Part shown: positions 39,000-46,345 of the stretch, in pieces
How positions within the stretch are numbered: position 1 is the first letter of the stretch
Layout: the number at the start of each line of letters is the position of its first letter
IMG/VR virus record: IMGVR_UViG_3300031566_000035
Span: 1 to 57,447 of that record
DNA length: 57,447 nt
Strand: one strand, 5' to 3'
DNA from: a virus
Lineage: Duplodnaviria > Caudoviricetes
Notes under the pieces: generated by a model
The model's input: only the letters and a program-made list of their open reading frames with translations
What the model was told of the DNA's origin: nothing
The model's database searches: none
Translations under genes and position numbers: made by a program

Positions 39000-39484
39000 A
39001 TAAATAAATATAATATACTGACACAGTGATGGTTATAAATACGTCATAAATCTTTAACATCTTTTTTGCGTTTTCGTTTTGCCCGATAGGGCCTTTTCCC
39101 TCCTATAATTACCAAACACAAAACCTAAAATAACTTTTTGGATTCGTTATAAATTACGGATATAGTTGTATATGTTACAAAAATGTAGTATTATTGCCGA
39201 TAGAACACAACAAAGATGTAGTATTGATAATTTTAAGGGGTCATTCCGCCTTGATGATGACATTAATTTTTATTGTTGGTAATGGAAAAGAATATGAATA
39301 ATAAGGGAGTAAGGCACGGGTAAGAGTCCCGTAGAAATAGGTGAAGTGTCGATAGGGCAATCAGCCAACTGCAATCCTACCCTTATTATTTATTGTTGTA
39401 TGTCTTTTTAAATTGTAGATAACGCACCGTGCGCGGAGTGAAACGGGATACAATGCGGACTGTTGATTAAAATTACAAAAGGCG

Positions 39485-39799
39485 ATGGACAAGGAAAGTA
39501 GATACGAATTACAAAAAATTGACTGCAACTGTAACGATTGCTTTTTTATGGTTAGGGATTTTGATACTTATAAAAAATGGGGATCATTTCACATGGATTT
39601 GCAATTAAAAGAATTTGAACATAAAAAAGAGAACGGAGAAATAAGACCTAATGCGCAATTTCAATTTGATAAAAGCACTTTACTTCAATATGGGAAATGC
39701 TCAAAATTAGGCAAAGGCATTTCGTTTATACCTAACGTATGTCAAATTGAGACTCAAGAGTGCTTCAAACATAGGCGAGTGCGTTTTAATGCATTTTAA
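39485..39799 (+). CDS. Cys-rich hypothetical protein
   Basis: DCNCNDC...C...C...CF. Confidence 0.7.
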   Translation: MDKESRYELQKIDCNCNDCFFMVRDFDTYKKWGSFHMDLQLKEFEHKKENGEIRPNAQFQFDKSTLLQYGKCSKLGKGISFIPNVCQIETQECFKHRRVRFNAF

Positions 39800-39829
39800 A
39801 CATTGTTGTAAATCTTTTAAATACGGAAT

Positions 39830-40066
39830 ATGGAACACGAACTTAAAATACTCCCACAATACTTCGAGGAAGTGTGGAGCGAAAACAAAACCTTTGAACT
39901 AAGAGAGGATGACAGAGATTATAAAATAGGTGATACTTTGAGACTACTTGAATTTGACTACGGAACTTATACAGGTAGAGAATGCAACCGAACAATATTA
40001 TACATACTTAGAGATGCTGACCAATACGGACTGAAAGAAGGTTTTGTGATACTAGCAATGAAGTAG
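39830..40066 (+). CDS. ASCH/DUF3850 family protein
   Basis: HELKILPQYF...KTFELR.DDRDYKIGD.L.L.E. Confidence 0.85.
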   Translation: MEHELKILPQYFEEVWSENKTFELREDDRDYKIGDTLRLLEFDYGTYTGRECNRTILYILRDADQYGLKEGFVILAMK

Positions 40067-40203
40067 TATTTTATTGTTTACAACGTTGAATGCAAGGTGT
40101 CGTGGCTGCCTGATAAAAGCTACATAGTTATAAATTTAAACAAATATTGATATGAAAAACGAAACTTTAAAACCCCAACAGCCATGCACTATATAACATA
40201 GTT

Positions 40204-40485
40204 ATGGGTAGTACTTATAGAATGCCAGAAAGTTTCTCTGAATATGAAGGCGAAGAGATTATGTCAAACTTTGACGGGCGTGTAGTAGAAGAAAGTGCAA
40301 AAGCAATTAAAGGTAAGGAATTATTTAGTAGGTATGCTGGTTGGAACTTTAACGGAAAAGTTTGGTGGCAGAATGATAAATGGTTATGTGAAGTGTGGTG
40401 TTATAGAAGCTGGAGAGAAACTTTCGTTTGTGAAACGCCAAAAGAATTAATGGAAGAGATAAGCTCTGAATATGGGTACGAATAG
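40204..40485 (+). CDS. Cassette hypothetical protein
   Basis: Fills body 40201-40498. Confidence 0.7.
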   Translation: MGSTYRMPESFSEYEGEEIMSNFDGRVVEESAKAIKGKELFSRYAGWNFNGKVWWQNDKWLCEVWCYRSWRETFVCETPKELMEEISSEYGYE

Positions 40486-40576
40486 TATTACCCATAACGG
40501 ACAGCGGTATGATTCGTTTGCTCCTCGAATCACCACGAAATTAGGAGCGTAGTATTAACTTAACAATTTACGAGCG

Positions 40577-40924
40577 ATGGATTTTGGATATGCTATACAG
40601 ATTTTAAGAGAAAAATTAGTTGATGATAGTTATGAACTTACATTAGCTGTTGAACAAAAAGATGAAGAAGTGCAGGAACGGCAAAAAGAACGCTTAGCTA
40701 TATTGCAGGATGCGATGAATGCGTTGGCTAAACCTTCGAGCATACCACAAGCAAATGAATTATTACCGCATGTTAGCGGTAGTAATAATTTTAAGAAGAT
40801 ACTTAAAAAAGCTAACAGTGAAATATGGCACCTAACTAATGATGAAATAAGAAGTTGGGAAAAAGATGGAAGTATAGAACGTGGTGATATTTTGTACAAA
40901 GTTGTAACAGATACACTGTACTAA
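40577..40924 (+). CDS. Cassette hypothetical protein
   Basis: Crosses GTT 40772 (LLPHVSGS). Confidence 0.7.
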   Translation: MDFGYAIQILREKLVDDSYELTLAVEQKDEEVQERQKERLAILQDAMNALAKPSSIPQANELLPHVSGSNNFKKILKKANSEIWHLTNDEIRSWEKDGSIERGDILYKVVTDTLY

Positions 40925-41006
40925 TTATTACCGCTAACGGTTTGTGTATGAAAAGTACGGGATTAACCCTAAAAATTATAAACGAGTACAAATAAAATTT
41001 ACGATT

Positions 41007-41228
41007 ATGAAAACAACAAATGAATTAAGAGACGAATTAGCAATGAAAATGCCAAAAGAAGCATTGCCAACGCTTAACGCACAAGAAACTATGGAGAAAG
41101 TTGCAAAAGAATTTGATATTGATGTTGACTTTAATGATGAGATAAGCCTTATTGAATTTAGCCTAAAATACCAAGCTGCAATAAGGTATAAGTATGCTGA
41201 TGCAATGATTGAAGCAAGAGCTAAGTAA
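41007..41228 (+). CDS. Hypothetical protein inside an attC-like loop
   Basis: LRDELAM...YKYADAMIEAR motif. Confidence 0.75.
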   Translation: MKTTNELRDELAMKMPKEALPTLNAQETMEKVAKEFDIDVDFNDEISLIEFSLKYQAAIRYKYADAMIEARAK

Positions 41229-41407
41229 ATTTTATTGCTTCAATTACGCAGCAAAGTAGATACGAGAGATACAGTAGTATTTTTTATACACTTTGTTACC
41301 GTGTCGTTGCTTCTCCTTAAAAGATGTGACGCTCAAAGATTGCTACTAATTAATTTTAGAGCAATGCACGGTAACTATGTTATATAGTTCACTTTTATTG
41401 CAATAAA

Positions 41408-41623
41408 ATGAAGATATACACTAATAGACAGGTGATTATGATTTCAGGCGAACAAGCAAAAAGTAGCAATGGATTATATACATTGTTACCCACAGTGCCG
41501 ATGTTTGATTACATAAAATGCCCTTTGAATAAATGGACTTTTAAAGTGAGAAATATAAGGGAATGGGTGGAGAAAAATTGCGAAGGAAAAACATTGTTAC
41601 CAACCGTTAATTTATTGATATGA
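41408..41623 (+). pseudogene. Probable cassette remnant
   Basis: Contains two orphan arms ACATTGTTACC (TLLPTV twice) and looks truncated. Confidence 0.45.
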
Positions 41624-41826
41624 AAAACTGTAAAGATTGCAAAAGTTGGGACAAAATGACACACCGAGAAGGATATGGATTTTGCCAAAGTGAAAAATGG
41701 AATAGACACCCAAACTACTATGAAAATAGCGACAAGGTAACAGAACTTGATATGGTTGAAATAACTTACAGCCCAATTACGGGCAAAGACTTTGGATGCG
41801 TTCATCATAATGGTGGGTTTGAATAA
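41620..41826 (+). CDS. Cys-rich small phage protein
   Basis: CKDCKSW...GFC...DFGCVHH. Confidence 0.7.
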   Translation: MKNCKDCKSWDKMTHREGYGFCQSEKWNRHPNYYENSDKVTELDMVEITYSPITGKDFGCVHHNGGFE

Positions 41827-41940
41827 GAATAGTAGGCAAAACAAAACCCAGGTACAGGATAAAGGAGTATTTGGGATTTTATTACATCGAAAAGCATGTT
41901 TACCATGAAGTATCACTTTAAGTAATCTTTGTAAACTATT

Positions 41941-42105
41941 ATGATGCAAGTTGTTGCGATAAAAGAAGGTAAATTTTTCCATGGCAATGCCGTCGAGGTC
42001 GCTTCCGTTATTGGGAGAAACCCGGAGACCGTTCGCAGGTGGTGGCGTTCAGGCAAGAACATGCACGTCAACGGCTGGGACGTTTATGTCAGGAAAGCAA
42101 CGTGA
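41941..42105 (+). CDS. 54-aa HTH protein
   Basis: AVEVASVIGRNPETVRRWWRSG. Confidence 0.65.
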   Translation: MMQVVAIKEGKFFHGNAVEVASVIGRNPETVRRWWRSGKNMHVNGWDVYVRKAT

Positions 42106-42168
42106 TTTATTGATTTTAAAATTATAGGCATGAACAATTGTGATTGGATTCGATAATCTCCCATAATA

Positions 42169-43467
42169 TTACCACAGCCTCCCTTTCATCCATATAGAAT
42201 ATTTCCCTGCATCTATTGCGTGATCGTGTTCTTTGATCGGATCGGGGAGTATTGTCCCGTTCTTATCTATCGCCCTTACATAGTTCTCGAATTCGTTCTT
42301 TATGTTTTCCGAACTTGATGTAAGTATATGGTTGAACGAAAGGAGCATGTTTATACCGTCTATTATTTTTGGTTTGTCCGATGCGAATACGTTGAACCCT
42401 GAGTTCCTGAGTTCCATTATGCTATCGTTCCTCGAAGAATCGGCAACTATCAAATGATCTTTGTCGAAATCCAGTTCTTCGAGCTTGTTCTGAATGCTGT
42501 GAGGGAGCATTGAATCGCTTTGCACGGCGGTAAGCCCTGTTTGGTAGAATATTTCGTCCCATACTATCGTGTGGTCTCCGAGCAGGTAAAGGTCTATCAG
42601 TGTTGCGGGATGTGGGCTGAACCCGAAGTCGAGACCAGATGGTATTCTCCTTAAATGTTCGCCATCTATAAAAGGCTCTCCGCCCCTCCATTCTATTTCG
42701 CCACCTACGGACCAGTTTTTCATTATGCACCTGTCGGATATTTCACCATATTCTCCGTCCAAAAAACGTTTTCTTTCTTCTTCCGGCAAACGGTTCAGTT
42801 CTTCTATAAAATCACCTTCAAGGTTTTCTGCATTTCCCGATGGGTGCATCATCATCGAGGAATAAAGGCTTTTGTCGAGCAATGTTTTTGTTTTTATCAA
42901 AGGATTGCTGACAGGTTCTATCCCAAGCTCGAATATCTTGTATGTCCAATGAGTTTTCAATGGTGGGTTGCAATCGTAATAAAATTTGTTCTTGAGACCT
43001 GAGTTTTCTGCAAGCCTCGTTCTTGCTATCAATATTGATTTATAGGAAATTTGTGAGCATTCATTGAAATATATGGTTGAATACTCGGTCCCGAGTATCT
43101 TCTCTGTCCTTTCTTTGTCGTCCAGTCCTCCGACCCATATTTCGCTTCCGTTAGGCAATTGTATGTACCAATGTGATTTGTTCCCGTAATAAGGAAGGTT
43201 CGGGAAGCATATGTCCATAACCTTTGGTAATGTTTGATGCCATATCGAGGTGATCGCATGCGAAAACGTCGCCCTCAATATGACGTGCTTTGATACTTTC
43301 TTTAATGCCCTTAGTATTATGGAATAAACGAGTATAAAGGTTTTTCCAGACCTTGATCCCCCATATAGCATAACGTGCTTTGCGGCCCCACCCAAGAGTT
43401 TAACGGCTTTTTTCTGGTCTTCCGTTTTTTTGAACTTTCCAACAGGTGCGTTAGAGTCCTTCATCAT
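42169..43467 (-). CDS. terL: Terminase large subunit
   Basis: Walker A YGGSRSGKT, FNECSQ, DCNPP, GLDFGF, DHAIDA. Confidence 0.95.
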   Translation of the reverse strand: MMKDSNAPVGKFKKTEDQKKAVKLLGGAAKHVMLYGGSRSGKTFILVYSIILRALKKVSKHVILRATFSHAITSIWHQTLPKVMDICFPNLPYYGNKSHWYIQLPNGSEIWVGGLDDKERTEKILGTEYSTIYFNECSQISYKSILIARTRLAENSGLKNKFYYDCNPPLKTHWTYKIFELGIEPVSNPLIKTKTLLDKSLYSSMMMHPSGNAENLEGDFIEELNRLPEEERKRFLDGEYGEISDRCIMKNWSVGGEIEWRGGEPFIDGEHLRRIPSGLDFGFSPHPATLIDLYLLGDHTIVWDEIFYQTGLTAVQSDSMLPHSIQNKLEELDFDKDHLIVADSSRNDSIMELRNSGFNVFASDKPKIIDGINMLLSFNHILTSSSENIKNEFENYVRAIDKNGTILPDPIKEHDHAIDAGKYSIWMKGRLW

Positions 43468-43906
43468 CTTTGTCGAATATAAGGCTTATTTTCCCTCCAA
43501 GTTCTTTTTTGTCTTTCAATCCCTGTTTGGCCATTATTATCCTTTCGTTATAATTCCCTATAACGGCATGTTGGATCTGATGGTCGTCTATATACTCTTT
43601 TATTTTATTGTAAGTGTCGTGGAATTCTGAACGGTCTTCCATCGTCCCGTAATTATATAGCGTGATCTTTGTGTAGCCTACGAACAAAGCAAACCCATCC
43701 ATTGTCATTATGTGAGGCATCTCTACGGGGAATGTTTTTCCTGCGTTCTGCCCGGACTTTATCATTTCGTTTCTGGACAACGGGGTTTCCTCACAATGTT
43801 CTTTGTATTCAAAAAACAAGGATTCAAGTTCTTCTGGTGATTTGAATACTTTTTGCCTGTGGAATTTTTTCCCGACCTCCTGATGAGTCATTTTCTTCTT
43901 TTTCAT
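43451..43906 (-). CDS. terS: Terminase small subunit (P22 gp3-like)
   Basis: FKSPEEL...EY, TMDGFALFVG, YNERII..QGLKDK; directly upstream of terL. Confidence 0.85.
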   Translation of the reverse strand: MKKKKMTHQEVGKKFHRQKVFKSPEELESLFFEYKEHCEETPLSRNEMIKSGQNAGKTFPVEMPHIMTMDGFALFVGYTKITLYNYGTMEDRSEFHDTYNKIKEYIDDHQIQHAVIGNYNERIIMAKQGLKDKKELGGKISLIFDKDDEGL

Positions 43907-43947
43907 AGAGTTGAAAAGTTTACTTAAAGCATTACTTTAGCTATGTG

Positions 43948-44024
43948 CAAATATAATAAAACAAGGAGTTTAAAACAAATTTATTTTTTAATTTTGTTTT
44001 TTGTATTTGTAAGTTGTATATTTG
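43948..44024. promoter_or_regulatory. Divergent Bacteroidota-type promoters between terS and portal
   Basis: TATATTTG on minus at 43948-43955 and on plus at 44017-44024. Confidence 0.6.
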
Positions 44025-44071
44025 TAGTTATTTATAATATTTACTTAAAGTGATACTTTAAATTAAAAGAT

Positions 44072-45430
44072 TTGATTTATTTGCAAAATAAATTCCCTTT
44101 TTTCAGGAGGGGGTCGTTTTTTTCGAGCATGTACGGCAATTATAATGCTAATTGGATGGATTTTGCAGACCTTTCCTTGTTGTATAACAAAGTTTCTGCC
44201 ATAAGGATCGTAATGGATATAAAAGCAAACGCAAAAGCGAACATGAAACTTACGCCTGTCGATCTCAACGGTGAGCTTATTACCACCGAGAACGCAAGCA
44301 GGGACCAGAAAAGAATAATCAAACTGATAGAACGCCCGAACCCGATACAGGGAACATGGGAATTCCTCCGTTTGGTTGGGCTTTACAAGGAAATATGGGG
44401 AAGGAGTTTTGTATATGCCAATGTTCCGGCAGGTTTTGATATAAACGGAACAAATATAGCAACGCTGATGCCGTTGCCATCTCAATATATGCGACCTATA
44501 TATACGGGAAGGCTATTCGACCAAAACAATAGGTCTGATATTATAAAAAGGTACGAATTGCGGTATAACGGCATGAACGCAAAGACATTTGAACCAAATA
44601 CAATATTGGACAGGTCGGATTCGGATGTTTCGTTCTTTGACGATATTTACGGTTCGCTTGGTATTTCAGATTTGTACGGGAACTATAATGTTAATTCCAA
44701 ATCCAAGCTGTTGAGCGTAAAAAAGGAGATAACAAATTACATCCTCTCTTTAGAGGGAAGGAACATAACGACAAAAAAATTGGGTGCAAGGGGAATTTTA
44801 ACTTCTGGCAAAAAAGACGGCATGGGTTCTTATCCGTTGACCGACAAAGAGAGGGAATCCGCACAGGCAAGGCTTGATAATTATGGTGCAATGGAAGACC
44901 AAAAACAATATATAGTAGCATCAGAGCCGTTGCTGTACCAAAATATAGCGTTTTCGCCAAAAGACCTTATGTTGCACGAGGAAACATACCAAACGATGAT
45001 AACCATTGCCCAAGTAACGCAAGTACCGGAAGGGCTGGTCAGGCTGTACATGAGCGGTTCTGGAAAAGAAGCTGAAAAAGAACTTTTGAAAAGGCTTTAT
45101 ACACAAACGATAATCCCCGAAAGCAAAGATACGGCAGATGATTTGAACGAATTTTTGAAAACGGAAAAGTTTGGGATGAGGTTCAAGGCGAGCTTCGACC
45201 ATTTGGACTTTTTGCAAGAGGACAAAAAAGATGAGTCCATTAAGAACAGGAACATAAACATAGCTTATAGGGACATGTTCAAATCTGGGACGATAACTTA
45301 TAATCAATGGCTCGAAGCAATGGGGCTTCCTTCCGATCCAGAATTTGGCGACAAAAGGATTTGGGATTTGTCCACAGAACAACAAGCTATAATAACAGGG
45401 AATATCATACAGGATGTACCAAAAAAATAA
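44072..45430 (+). CDS. Portal protein (HK97-like)
   Basis: LIERPNPIQ, GILT, LYTQTIIP, FDHLDFLQ, TYNQW; start codon uncertain. Confidence 0.9.
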   Translation: MIYLQNKFPFFRRGSFFSSMYGNYNANWMDFADLSLLYNKVSAIRIVMDIKANAKANMKLTPVDLNGELITTENASRDQKRIIKLIERPNPIQGTWEFLRLVGLYKEIWGRSFVYANVPAGFDINGTNIATLMPLPSQYMRPIYTGRLFDQNNRSDIIKRYELRYNGMNAKTFEPNTILDRSDSDVSFFDDIYGSLGISDLYGNYNVNSKSKLLSVKKEITNYILSLEGRNITTKKLGARGILTSGKKDGMGSYPLTDKERESAQARLDNYGAMEDQKQYIVASEPLLYQNIAFSPKDLMLHEETYQTMITIAQVTQVPEGLVRLYMSGSGKEAEKELLKRLYTQTIIPESKDTADDLNEFLKTEKFGMRFKASFDHLDFLQEDKKDESIKNRNINIAYRDMFKSGTITYNQWLEAMGLPSDPEFGDKRIWDLSTEQQAIITGNIIQDVPKK

Positions 45431-45522
45431 AACAATGAAAAACAAAGTCGACAAAAAAGCCTTGGAAAAAGCAATAGAAAAGAAAAAAAAGATTTTGAAA
45501 GAAAACAAAATAATTTATAAAA

Positions 45523-46344
45523 ATGGCACAGAAAAGAATTGAAATACCTGAATTTGAAACACGAAAGGAATTATTTGATTTCCTTGAAACAGAAAAAGAT
45601 ATGTTGATAGCGCAGAAAAAAGCTATTGCAAAGGAATCTGATGGCGTTTTTTATGTTTCGTCAATTAATGATAAAAAAGAAGTGGAGGTGAAGGCGAATG
45701 AACCTATTGATGTATCTGGATTGGACGAGATCAAGGTAAGGGTAGTTATCAATACCACTAATTTAATGGACAGCCATGATGACGTACACATTCCTAACTT
45801 GTGGAATAAGAGCCTAAAAGAAAATAAGATGATTATGTTTTTACAGGAGCATATAATGAAATTCGATAAAATAATAGCGGATTCAGAAGACCTTAATGCT
45901 TTTGTTAAAACTTTTACATGGAAATCGCTTGGATTTGATTTGGATGGCAGCACACAAGCCCTTGTTTTTGATGCGACCATAAAAAGGAGCAGGAACGAAT
46001 TTATGTTTGAACAATATGCTAAAGGATTTATAAAGAACCATTCGGTAGGTATGAGGTATGTAAAAATTGGATTGGCGGTAAATGACGAAGATCGTGTTAG
46101 CGCTTTTGCTCTTTGGGAAAAATACATTGATGAAATCGCGAATAAAGACCTTGCTATCGAAAAAGGATATTTCTGGGCTGTTACGGAAGCGAAAATTATA
46201 GAGGGGAGCGCAGTCCCGTTAGGGAGCAATTTTGCTACGCCTACCCTTGAAAACAATAAAGAGCCGCTGGAAAGCACTCAAAAAGAGCCGTCTAACGACA
46301 CTCAACAAAAGGAGTTTTATTTTAATTACTTAAAAAAACAATGA
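45523..46344 (+). CDS. Prohead maturation protease
   Basis: DSHDDVH, LQEH, HSVGM, EGSAVPLGSN. Confidence 0.85.
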   Translation: MAQKRIEIPEFETRKELFDFLETEKDMLIAQKKAIAKESDGVFYVSSINDKKEVEVKANEPIDVSGLDEIKVRVVINTTNLMDSHDDVHIPNLWNKSLKENKMIMFLQEHIMKFDKIIADSEDLNAFVKTFTWKSLGFDLDGSTQALVFDATIKRSRNEFMFEQYAKGFIKNHSVGMRYVKIGLAVNDEDRVSAFALWEKYIDEIANKDLAIEKGYFWAVTEAKIIEGSAVPLGSNFATPTLENNKEPLESTQKEPSNDTQQKEFYFNYLKKQ

Positions 46345-46345
46345 A

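Larger units (their letters stand above)
39281..41389. mobile_element. Cassette array 4
   Basis: Bodies 39805-40084, 40201-40498, 40772-40938, 41295-41375 with complementary ends; hairpins 40082-40203, 40496-40774, 40936-41297; degenerate left part; ends in AACTATGTTATATAGTT at 41373-41389. Confidence 0.85.
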
